Of a stretch of 64,000 nucleotides of DNA, positions 47,509 to 56,085 are shown one piece after another (within the stretch, counting starts at the first letter, position 1; each line of letters begins with the position of its first letter). This DNA is from an uncultured Clostridia bacterium (lineage in GTDB: Bacteria; Bacillota; Clostridia; Christensenellales; UBA1242). Made by a program: the position numbers and the translations under genes. Location: the NCBI GenBank assembly GCA_947591785.1, contig CANQDK010000008.1, positions 8,619-72,618 of the forward strand, written 5' to 3'. Below the pieces are notes generated by a model, which saw nothing but the letters and a program-made list of their open reading frames with translations, made no database searches and had not been told where the DNA came from.

Positions 47509-47548
47509 AAAAAACACAGTTGGTTTCTGTGTTTTTCTTTTTTTTTGT
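47509..47548. terminator. Bidirectional rho-independent terminator (mnmA / radical SAM gene)
   Basis: ACACAG/CTGTGT stem (47514-47519 / 47527-47532) with an A-run 5' and a long T-run 3'. Confidence 0.65.
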
Positions 47549-47626
47549 TAAGAGTTGCTAAATTTTATAGGAACAAACTTTTTAGCTTTGAGTTTGTGTA
47601 ATTTAATTAGCACAGGGTTAGAAAGT

Positions 47627-48588
47627 TTATTTGAACCTGTCAAATTTCTGGCATAATGGATTTTCATTTGTGCCAGAATTGACTTGTAAATCAGTGAGAT
47701 TTTTATACACATTGATTGTATCAAATCCGTTTTTTTGAAGGGTTGAGATTTCAATATCCTTAAACGCTGGGCATGGCAAAACCTGCCCATCAAAACGTAT
47801 CAATAATTTGTCATTTCCTGCGGTGCATAAATGCTGATTTTCTTTTGTGAGCGGAATACCAATTTTAATTTTCGTTGTTTGGCTTTTTATCTTTTGAACA
47901 TTTGTTAAAAATGAAATTAATTCTTCGTTGTTTAACTCTAAATTCTTGCGATTTTCTCTTCCGCGGCCTTGTGGCACAAATCTCAAAATTCTTAATTCTG
48001 ATATACCTGCAAGTTCTGTAAGTTCAAGCACATCTTTGAATTGATGAATATTGATTTTATAAAATGAATTGATTTTTCAAAATTGCAATATGAAGCATGC
48101 AAAATTGACTTTAACAAATGAGAAAAATTGTTCTTAGTTCCCATTAAAGAGTTGTATTCATCAACTTCCGCCGCTTGTAAATCAAATACAACTTTCTTTA
48201 AGCCGATTCGTTCCAATTCTTTAAATTCATTTTGACTTATTGAATCAAAAGCACCCAGTTGATTTATCATTTTTTGTATATAAGGATTTTCACTTCGTTG
48301 AATGTCTTTTCTCAAAACAATTCCACTTGTATATAAAGTGGTTTTAATGCCTAAATCTGAACATAATGCAATCATTTGGTTTAATTGCGGATGGAGTAAT
48401 GGCTCGCCTCCACTTAAGGAAATCTCTTTTATTTCTGCCTGAGCGAGTATGTGTAAAATCGTATTTTTAAAAATATCAAAAGGTATGAAACAAGATTTTG
48501 CCATATTGCTGTTTGAAGAGCAAAATAAACAATTATTAGGGCATTTTTGGACAATTTCAAAACACAAATCTTTGACGATGGGTTTCAT
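47627..48588 (-). pseudogene. Radical SAM enzyme with a C-terminal SPASM/twitch-like Cys motif, split by a 1-nt frameshift in an A5 run
   Basis: CPNNCLFC (CxxxCxxC) and SGGEPLL in ORF 47992..48588. RILRFVPQGRG and HLCTAGNDKLLIRFDGQVLPCP in ORF 47627..48031. The two frames join as ...YCNFEK/INSFYKINIHQFKDVLEL... if one A is added to the run at 48073-48077. Confidence 0.7.
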
Positions 48589-48623
48589 AGTTATATTTTA
48601 ACATAATTTCTTTAAAAGTCAAG
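48589..48623 (-). promoter_or_regulatory. Extended -10 promoter placed for a leaderless transcript of the radical SAM gene
   Basis: The minus strand reads TTGACT-(13 nt)-TGT-TAAAAT-ATAACT-ATG. There are only 6 nt between the -10 and the start codon, and no SD. Confidence 0.45.
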
Positions 48624-48671
48624 ACTTACAAAAAACAAGAATTATAAAAAATTTGATTCAAAAATAATCTT

Positions 48672-48708
48672 GTAAAAAATAATACGAACTCATTTTCTGG
48701 GTTCGTAT
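48672..48708 (-). terminator. Rho-independent terminator after tRNA-Ser
   Basis: ATACGAAC/GTTCGTAT stem (48682-48689 / 48701-48708), followed on the minus strand by ATTTTTTAC. Confidence 0.65.
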
Positions 48709-48715
48709 TTTCTAA

Positions 48716-48805
48716 TGGCGCAGAGGAAGAGATTCGAACTCTTGGTGTGATTTCTCACACACAGCCTTTCCAGGGCTGCACCTTAAACCGCTCGGACACC
48801 TCTGC
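48716..48805 (-). tRNA. tRNA-Ser (anticodon GGA), type II, CCA encoded
   Basis: The reverse complement is GCAGAGGTGTCCGAGCGGTTTAAGGTGCAGCCCTGGAAAGGCTGTGTGTGAGAAATCACACCAAGAGTTCGAATCTCTTCCTCTGCGCCA. It has anticodon loop CTGGAAA and a long variable arm. Confidence 0.9.
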
Positions 48806-48834
48806 ATTGGTTTAATTCTTGATTTAGTGTGTTT

Positions 48835-48863
48835 ATTTTAGCATATTCCTTCTAAAAAATCAA
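48835..48863 (-). promoter_or_regulatory. Sigma-A-type promoter for tRNA-Ser
   Basis: The minus strand reads TTGATT-17 nt-TAAAAT, about 29 nt upstream of the mature 5' end. Confidence 0.5.
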
Positions 48864-49105
48864 CTTTAATTTACAAATTTATTTTAATTTCGTTTGATTT
48901 AAGTAAAATTAAAAGTTCATTATTAACTTTCATACATGTTGTAAAAGAAAGTGCAGTTATTAGAGCGACAACTTTTTTATCGTCAATTTTTGTTTATAGT
49001 TTATACCTTTTTAATATCTCTATTTAAAAAACTAATTTTTTTTAAAAAAGTTATTGACTTTTGTCGAAATTTTGATTATCATAATCATATATTGGAGGAG
49101 AATCA

Positions 49106-49444
49106 ATGCAATTAAAATATAATTATGTGCCTAATGAAACAGAAAGAAATGGTATCTATGAAAGATATGTGAAACAGGCTAAAAAAAATGGAGAATCTCC
49201 TGTTGCTATTGAAAATGTCCTTTTCCTTTCATCAAGTGTTTCCTCTCGTGACGAAGATGAAGATATAAGTGATTATGATGCAAGACTTGAGGCGGGAGCT
49301 TACCTTAAATCAATGAAAAGCAAAAATGATAACATTGAAATTTTGCTCTTACAAATTGGATTCAGCCCTGAAGTGGAAGTGTATGTCGGCAAAGATTGGA
49401 CAAGTTCTAAATCAAAAGGCTCTTCTGACGGAATGGGAAAATAA
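49106..49444 (+). CDS. Hypothetical acidic protein (112 aa)
   Basis: GGAGGAG SD with TTGACT-17-TATCAT upstream and a terminator downstream. No motif recognised. Confidence 0.5.
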   Translation: MQLKYNYVPNETERNGIYERYVKQAKKNGESPVAIENVLFLSSSVSSRDEDEDISDYDARLEAGAYLKSMKSKNDNIEILLLQIGFSPEVEVYVGKDWTSSKSKGSSDGMGK

Positions 49445-49457
49445 TTATACAAATTAT

Positions 49458-49481
49458 ACTGCCTTTTGGCAGTTTTTTTTA
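49458..49481 (+). terminator. Rho-independent terminator
   Basis: ACTGCC-TTTT-GGCAGT followed by T8. Confidence 0.75.
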
Positions 49482-49548
49482 TTATTAGATATTTAAAAAT
49501 TTTAGATATTTTGATTATAATTTAGATATTTAGAAATTATTGTTTATT

Positions 49549-50583
49549 TTATGTTTTATCAAAAAATTGCTCATTAAAAAGGACAGATGGATTGTCTGGA
49601 TATAAGGCTTTTGCTCGGAGATGATAGTGCTTAGCTTCATTAAAATTGACTGAATAAAGAAGTCTTGAAAGTTCCACACATGGAATAAGTGTTTCATAAT
49701 CCTGTTGCACAAAACCAAAAGTTTGTTTTTCGGCTTGAAGTGCTGTCTTAAACCAAAAAATTGCTTTAGCGGTTTCATTTTTGATTTCAAAAAGATATGC
49801 GATTTTGCAACATAATTCGCTTGTTGGAAGAAAAATTTTTAGTGCTTCAAAAAGTGTTGAAATCGCATTGTCTATCTGTCCAATTTTTGATTGACATTCA
49901 CTTAAAAGAATTAATGCTCCAAGATGGTCTGGTGAGAATTTGTCAGGTCTTTGTAAATAGTTTTTAAAGGAGTTTATCGCTTTGCTAAATTTTTCATTAT
50001 AGTAAAGTTCGCGTGAATAATAATATTGTTCTCGTGCATTGAACTTAATTCCTTTTTTTAGTGCGTTTTGATAAATCCTAAGATTTCGCTTTGGGTCTGT
50101 TGTCTTTGTCTTTTGATGTTGTATTTCAATGTCTAAATACTTCACTTCTCCTTGTGGGGGAATGGCTTCATGAACAAAACCTTCCCATTTAAAATTTTTT
50201 TTGCGACTTAAAATTCTCTCTCTGAAATATGTTAAGTTTTCAAATATGTATTTACACATGAAAACATCTGCATTCAAATTTGAATGCTTTAAATCATTCA
50301 GTTTTTTAATGTTTATATCAGTGATAAAATCATCAGCATCAAGCCACATTTGATAGTCACATGTTGCATGTGAAAAAGAATAGTTCCGTGCTTTTGAAAA
50401 ATCGTCACACCATTCAAAATCGTAAACCTTATCTGTGAAAGTCTGAGCAATTTCTTTTGTTTTGTCTGTTGAACCTGTGTCAACTATTATTATTTCATCT
50501 GCAAATTTTTTTGCACAATTAAGAATTTTGCAAAGATTTCCTTCTTCGTTTTTTACAATCATACATACGCTTATTGTGAACAT
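49549..50583 (-). CDS. Family 2 glycosyltransferase with a C-terminal TPR-like helical domain
   Basis: ISVCMIVKNEE, IIIVDTGSTDKT, WCDDFSKARN and WLDADD (DxD). The C-terminal half is helical-repeat-like. Confidence 0.8.
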   Translation of the reverse strand: MFTISVCMIVKNEEGNLCKILNCAKKFADEIIIVDTGSTDKTKEIAQTFTDKVYDFEWCDDFSKARNYSFSHATCDYQMWLDADDFITDINIKKLNDLKHSNLNADVFMCKYIFENLTYFRERILSRKKNFKWEGFVHEAIPPQGEVKYLDIEIQHQKTKTTDPKRNLRIYQNALKKGIKFNAREQYYYSRELYYNEKFSKAINSFKNYLQRPDKFSPDHLGALILLSECQSKIGQIDNAISTLFEALKIFLPTSELCCKIAYLFEIKNETAKAIFWFKTALQAEKQTFGFVQQDYETLIPCVELSRLLYSVNFNEAKHYHLRAKALYPDNPSVLFNEQFFDKT

Positions 50584-50713
50584 AATTTTTTTTATTCTAT
50601 CGCATATAAATTTGTCAAAATATTGAATAAAAAAAATAATAAAAAAATTTTAAGTATTTATTTTGAATGTCGAAATCTTTATGTTATAATCATTTTAAAT
50701 TTGGAGGTTGCAA

Positions 50714-51583
50714 ATGAAAAAAATTGCTGTTATAACTGACACAAACAGTGGAATTTCTCAAGAAGAAGCAAAAAAATTGGGTTGCTTTTTGATTCCTATG
50801 CCTTTCATTATTGATGGTGAAGAATGCTTTGAGGGTGTCAACCTTACGCAAGAACAATTTTATGAAATTCAACAAAGTGACAAAAGAATTACAACATCTC
50901 AACCAAACATTAATAAAATTGTTGAACTTTGGAAAGATATCTTGAAAGATTATGATGAGATAGTCCATATTCCTATGTCCAGTGGCATTTCCCAAAGTTG
51001 CGAAACCGCTTTGGGTTTTGCTAAGGAGTTTGATGGAAAAGTTCAGGTTGTTGACAACAAAAGAATTTCTATTTCTATGAAAGGTTCTGTTGTTGATGCT
51101 GTTAATATGGTGAAAGATGGAAAATCGGCTCGCGAAATCAAAGAATGGCTTGAAGAAACCGCTTTGGACAGTTCAATTTATCTCCTTGTTGACACGTTGA
51201 AATATTTGAAACAGGGTGGGCGTGTGACACCTGCAGCGGCAGCAATTGGAACTTTATTGGGAATCAAACCTGTTTTACAAATTCAGGGTGGAAAACTTGA
51301 TAAATTGGCAAAAGTTAGGAATATAAAATCTGCAAAAGAAGTTATGATTGAGGCAATCAGAAAAGATTTAGAAGGAAGATTTTCAAAGTTTGTCAAAGAG
51401 GGCGTTATGCATCTTTCTGTTGCTCATACGTGCAATGATGAAGCAATAAAAGAGTTTGCAAAAGAAATAAAAGAAACCTTTCCAAATGTTCCTTTTGATT
51501 TTATCGATTCTCTTTCTCTTTCTGTTGCAACTCACACTGGGCCAAAGGTTTTGGCTGTTGGGTGCTATCGAATTTATAAATAA
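50714..51583 (+). CDS. DegV-family fatty-acid-binding protein
   Basis: KIAVITDTNSGIS, TSQPN and LKQGGRV, with the typical DegV length and layout. ATG 50714 follows GGAGG. Confidence 0.9.
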   Translation: MKKIAVITDTNSGISQEEAKKLGCFLIPMPFIIDGEECFEGVNLTQEQFYEIQQSDKRITTSQPNINKIVELWKDILKDYDEIVHIPMSSGISQSCETALGFAKEFDGKVQVVDNKRISISMKGSVVDAVNMVKDGKSAREIKEWLEETALDSSIYLLVDTLKYLKQGGRVTPAAAAIGTLLGIKPVLQIQGGKLDKLAKVRNIKSAKEVMIEAIRKDLEGRFSKFVKEGVMHLSVAHTCNDEAIKEFAKEIKETFPNVPFDFIDSLSLSVATHTGPKVLAVGCYRIYK

Positions 51584-51613
51584 TTTTGAATTAAGATTTG
51601 TCTTGAGGTGTGT

Positions 51614-52477
51614 ATGAAGGATTGTATTTTTTGTAAAATTATTTCAGGAGAAGTTCCTGCTTTTAAAATCTATGAGGACGATTTCACTCTTGCTTTTTTG
51701 GATATTGCAAATGATGCGTATGGACACACCTTGATTATTCCAAAAAAACATTATGACACAATGATGACATGCGATAACACAACTCTTTCTCATGTTATGG
51801 AAACTGTTAAAAAAGTTGGGAATCATTATGTTAAAGATTGTGGTTTTGATGGTTGGAATATTGTCAACAACACTGGTGAAGCCGCAGGGCCACACATGAT
51901 GCACTTTCATATACATCTTATTCCAAGAAAATTTGGAGATAATGCTTTTATCTTTCCTGTGCTTGCTGGCGGTGGACAGGATTTGCAGACTGTTTGTAAC
52001 AAATTGAAATTTGAAGATAAAAAATCAAAAATTAATGACGAAAACGCTGTTGTGATTTATACAGATGGAGCTTGTTCTGGAAATCCTGGAGCTGGTGGTT
52101 GGGCATCAATTATTTCATATAAGGGCAATGAAAAAGTCATCTCAGGAGGAGAAAGGGAAACGACAAACAACAGAATGGAACTTATGGCTGTGATTATGGG
52201 GCTTGAAAATGCCAATAAAAATGTGCCAATTGAAGTTTTTAGTGACAGTGCCTATGTTGTCAATGCTTTTCAACAAGGTTGGCTTGACAATTGGAAGAGA
52301 AATAATTGGAAAACATCTGGAAACACAGATGTTCAAAACAAAGATTTATGGAAACGCCTTTTGACTATCACAGAAAACACAAGTGTTCATTTCAATAAAG
52401 TTAAGGGGCATAGTGACAATGAGCAAAACAATCGTTGTGACGCTCTTGCAAGAGAAGAAATTGCAAAATTGAACTAG
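51614..52477 (+). CDS. Fusion protein: N-terminal HIT (histidine triad) hydrolase + C-terminal RNase HI
   Basis: HIT part: CIFCKII... and HFHIHLIP. RNase HI part: VIYTDGACSGNPGAGGWA, TTNNRMELMAVI, FSDSAYVV and GHSDNEQNNRCDALA (DEDD residues present). It is a single uninterrupted frame. Confidence 0.85.
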   Translation: MKDCIFCKIISGEVPAFKIYEDDFTLAFLDIANDAYGHTLIIPKKHYDTMMTCDNTTLSHVMETVKKVGNHYVKDCGFDGWNIVNNTGEAAGPHMMHFHIHLIPRKFGDNAFIFPVLAGGGQDLQTVCNKLKFEDKKSKINDENAVVIYTDGACSGNPGAGGWASIISYKGNEKVISGGERETTNNRMELMAVIMGLENANKNVPIEVFSDSAYVVNAFQQGWLDNWKRNNWKTSGNTDVQNKDLWKRLLTITENTSVHFNKVKGHSDNEQNNRCDALAREEIAKLN

Positions 52478-52670
52478 ATAAAGATTTAAAAAATTTTCCA
52501 AATTTTACTTTTACCATTTTTAGCGAATTTTATTGCTAATATAATTAAAATCCTTACTAAAATTTGTGCTTCCTTTATGACTCTAACCAGAACATAATAG
52601 TTTATAAGGTGGCTTTATCAAGCCTTCTTTTTTTCTTATATTTATTATATTTTTATTATAAAATTGTGTA

Positions 52671-52699
52671 TTGACAAGTAATGGTTTGAGTGGTATAAT
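52671..52699 (+). promoter_or_regulatory. Consensus sigma-A promoter
   Basis: TTGACA (52671-52676), exactly 17 nt, TATAAT (52694-52699). Confidence 0.65.
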
Positions 52700-52729
52700 T
52701 ATTAAAGATAGGGAAAATAGGAGAAAAAT

Positions 52730-53476
52730 ATGAAACTTAATATTGATTGGGGAAAAGATGCTATTGTAATTTGCTGTCTTGGGAGAGATTTTGTATGCTG
52801 CTCTTCTGAAAGAACTGAACAGGGATTTACAATTGAAAAAATTTCAGATATTTTGTTTACTACTAAAAATTTCCAAGAAGTTGTTTGGAATTATATTTCT
52901 AATAAAATGGACGAATATGGATGCAAAAATACTAAAAAAGAATTTTATAAAATTGTCGAAAATGACAAACTTTTAAGTTCTATTATTTTAAACTCTCCTT
53001 TGATGTCAGAGCATGATATTGAAGATGAAAAAATTGAGAAAATCAGGCCTGTTGCTAAATTGCTTGGAAATCTTTATATGGGAAGTGGTGACGATTTTAA
53101 ATATAACGAAACACTGGGAATTCCTGATAAAATTCTTGTTCCTGTTGACAAGGATTTTGCTTGTGTTGATGTGAAAAATACCACTGCCGTGTTGGTTATT
53201 AAGAAATTGGGAAAAGGAGTTGCTACGCTTCTTGATATTGGTTCTTGTGGGAAAATTATTATGCAATGTGAAAATCTTTATGATTGTCTTTCCATTTTGA
53301 GTGACAGATTGCTTAAAATTAATGATAATAAACACATTGAAACTTCTGATGGCGTAAATTTTGATGATAACGATGATCGTATCCATAATTTACGAAATGT
53401 TATTAAAATTGGACTTGGAGATGAGTTCTCCAAAATGAGAGAAGATAAATATGGAGTTGACGGAAAGAATTTTTAA
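52730..53476 (+). CDS. Hypothetical cytoplasmic protein (248 aa)
   Basis: AGGAGA SD and a consensus promoter upstream. No motif recognised. Confidence 0.55.
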   Translation: MKLNIDWGKDAIVICCLGRDFVCCSSERTEQGFTIEKISDILFTTKNFQEVVWNYISNKMDEYGCKNTKKEFYKIVENDKLLSSIILNSPLMSEHDIEDEKIEKIRPVAKLLGNLYMGSGDDFKYNETLGIPDKILVPVDKDFACVDVKNTTAVLVIKKLGKGVATLLDIGSCGKIIMQCENLYDCLSILSDRLLKINDNKHIETSDGVNFDDNDDRIHNLRNVIKIGLGDEFSKMREDKYGVDGKNF

Positions 53477-53633
53477 TACGAATCTTTAATATTAAATATA
53501 AGAAAATCTACACAAGTTTGTAGATTTTTTTGTTTAAACCTTATTTCGCTTTTTTTATAAAACAGACTTAATATGTTTTATTTTTATTGTGATTCATACT
53601 TTTTAATGTGATTATTTGTGGTTCATAACAAAT

Positions 53634-54572
53634 TTATATTAAGAGAAGAAGCACTGTGATTATTGTTGAAAATATTGCATGCAAAAGCTTCTGTATAACA
53701 AAAAGTTTGATTGGCATTTTTACATTATCTAGCATTGTGAGAGATTGTAAGAGTGTTGATATTCCACCAAAACTTATTACAAAAGAACACAGGCTCACTG
53801 CGAGATTTGTGTTTGTCAAAGTTGAAAGACTTAGACTCCCTTTTGTGATTTCAACAACTCCTTCAAGAAAAAAGGCAATCTCTTTTGGAAAGAGTGAAAA
53901 TAGTGGAGAAAAACACTCTATAACAATAAAAAATATCGTGATGATGCAACCTACTGAAAGAATGGACAAAGTTGAGTTTGTGACAATCTCTGCAAGATTG
54001 AAATTGCGACTCTCTTTATTTTCGGAAGTGTTTGGTGCTGAGTAATATGTCTTGTCCACATTTGATGTCTGCGATGATTTAAAATTCCTGAACAGCATTC
54101 CATTTAATACTGCTCCAAAAACATGGCTTAAAAACAAAATATATCCAATTCGTGTGCTATGGAACATTCCAACTCCAACTGCACCAACAATAAACATTGG
54201 CCCTGATGTCGAACAAAAAGATGTCATTTTGAATGCATCTTCTTTTGTTATGCGGCCTTGGAGATACAAGTCAGCAACCATCTTTGAACCAACAGGATAT
54301 CCTGATAAAATTGCCATTATGAATGTGTAAATTGAAATTGGTGGTGTTTTAAATAATTTTGTGCTTAACGAGGAAAAGGGGTGTGTTAATTTTGGCATTA
54401 AACTTATTGAAGACAAAATTTTTGTGAAAAACATAAATGGAAGAACACTTGGAAGAACATTGAACGCCCATGCTGAAATTCCATTAAGCGAACAGGATAT
54501 ATACTTTGCAGGAGAACAAATCATACAAACGAGAATGAAAATAATGATTGTTGTGAAGAAAATTTCACACAA
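53634..54572 (-). CDS. YlbJ-like sporulation integral membrane protein (nucleoside-recognition/Gate domain)
   Basis: CSPAKYISCSLNGISAWAFNVLPSVLPFMFFTKIL and a polytopic layout, as in YlbJ. Confidence 0.7.
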   Translation of the reverse strand: MCEIFFTTIIIFILVCMICSPAKYISCSLNGISAWAFNVLPSVLPFMFFTKILSSISLMPKLTHPFSSLSTKLFKTPPISIYTFIMAILSGYPVGSKMVADLYLQGRITKEDAFKMTSFCSTSGPMFIVGAVGVGMFHSTRIGYILFLSHVFGAVLNGMLFRNFKSSQTSNVDKTYYSAPNTSENKESRNFNLAEIVTNSTLSILSVGCIITIFFIVIECFSPLFSLFPKEIAFFLEGVVEITKGSLSLSTLTNTNLAVSLCSFVISFGGISTLLQSLTMLDNVKMPIKLFVIQKLLHAIFSTIITVLLLLI

Positions 54573-54782
54573 TAATCTCTTATTAATTCTTTTTTGAGTT
54601 TTGCTTATTTGTTTAATAATATTTTCTCCTTTTTGAAAAATCTTTTGTTTTTATTTGACTTTTATATTTAATTTCAACTAAAATAAAGGTATATCTTCGA
54701 TGGACACAAATATCACATCTATATGTGAATGGACAAGCTAGATTATAATATTAATTTAAACCATAAAAAAGACGAGGTTTTT

Positions 54783-55985
54783 ATGTTTAAAATAGAAAAT
54801 GTTTTAAATGAAGCAAAAAAGTTGCAAAAAACAATCGTTTTTCCAGAAGTAAGTTTCTCTGATCGCACTTTTGAAGCGGTTAAAATTTTACAGAAAAAAA
54901 AGATTGTTAAAGTTTTGTTGGTGGGCGATGCAAGTGCTTTAATCTTGCGTAACAAAACTTTTGAAAAATTTCAAATTGTCAATCCTGTCACATTTCCTGA
55001 AAGAGATAAACTTGTTAAAACTCTCTATGAAGAAAGAAAGGATAAAGGACTTACCTTGGCGGAAGCGGACGAACTTGAAAAAGACCCATACTATTTTGCA
55101 ACACTTCTTGTTGAATGTGGCTACGCTGACGGAATGGTTGCAGGAGCGGAGTGTTCAACTGCAAACACAATAAGACCTGCACTTCAAATCATAAAAAGCA
55201 GAAACAAAAAAGAGCCAGTTTCTTCATTTTTCCTTATGTTCGGAAAAAACAAATTCTTAAAAAATCGACCATTGGTTTTGTCTGATTGTGGAGTTATTGA
55301 AAATCCTGATTCCGACACACTTTGCACAATAGCAACTCAAACTGTTGAGAGTGCAAAGATGTTTGGTTTACAGCCAAAGGTTGCATTTTTGAGTTATTCT
55401 TCAAAAGGTAGTGCAAAAAGCGAACAAGTTGACAAAGTTAGAATTGCATGCGAAAAATTTGAAAAGAAAAATGCTGACGTGATTTGTGACGGAGAAATTC
55501 AGTTGGACACTGCTCTTGTGCCTGATGTCGCATCAATTAAAGCTCCAAACAGTAGCCTTAAAGGTGATGCAAATGTGTTGATTTTCCCAGATATTCAGGC
55601 AGGAAACATCACATATAAAGCAATGAAGTATGTTGGAAATTTACATGCTGTTGGGCCAATTTTGCAAGGGCTTAGAAAACCCGTAAATGACCTTTCCAGA
55701 GGTTGTAGCGTGAATGATATAGTTCTTGTTTCAGCAGTGACAGCCTTGCAATGCAAAACATTGACTAAACAAGAGCTTGTTAAAGAAGAAAAATTTGTTG
55801 AAAAAATTGAATCTAATGAAACAAAACCAAAAACTCAAACAGTGGATTCAAAAAAGAAAACAACGGAAACTAAAACAAAAAAGACTGACAATCTTAAAGC
55901 AAAAACAAGCAAAAATAGTAAACAGACAAAACAAGTGCAAACAAAATCAAATCAGCAAAAAACTTCAAAGAAAACCGCAAAATGA
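54783..55985 (+). CDS. pta: Phosphate acetyltransferase with a ~70-aa Lys/Thr-rich C-terminal tail
   Basis: IVFPE...VGD, MVAGAECSTANTIRPALQIIK, SDCGVIENPD and ANVLIFPDIQAGNITYK. ATG 54783 follows GAGG. ackA is downstream. Confidence 0.9.
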   Translation: MFKIENVLNEAKKLQKTIVFPEVSFSDRTFEAVKILQKKKIVKVLLVGDASALILRNKTFEKFQIVNPVTFPERDKLVKTLYEERKDKGLTLAEADELEKDPYYFATLLVECGYADGMVAGAECSTANTIRPALQIIKSRNKKEPVSSFFLMFGKNKFLKNRPLVLSDCGVIENPDSDTLCTIATQTVESAKMFGLQPKVAFLSYSSKGSAKSEQVDKVRIACEKFEKKNADVICDGEIQLDTALVPDVASIKAPNSSLKGDANVLIFPDIQAGNITYKAMKYVGNLHAVGPILQGLRKPVNDLSRGCSVNDIVLVSAVTALQCKTLTKQELVKEEKFVEKIESNETKPKTQTVDSKKKTTETKTKKTDNLKAKTSKNSKQTKQVQTKSNQQKTSKKTAK

Positions 55986-56085
55986 TTTAGAATTTATTTA
56001 GGCAGACAAAATCATCAAAAAACAAAAATCATAAAATTTAAGAAAGAACAAAATCAAAAAATAAAAATTTTAAAAGGAGAAAAAA

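Noticed and set aside
47548-47793. 81-codon ORF overlapping the 3' end of the radical SAM gene in another frame.
   Set aside because: It overlaps the conserved SPASM-like C-terminal coding region. The translation is basic and low-complexity with no motif. There is no SD.
52540-52640. Possible small RNA between the HIT-RNase HI gene and the 52730 promoter, ending at the hairpin GGCTT-TATC-AAGCC followed by a T-run.
   Set aside because: No convincing promoter precedes it. The hairpin at ~52606-52636 is most simply the terminator of the HIT-RNase HI transcript, which would then have a ~130-nt 3' UTR.
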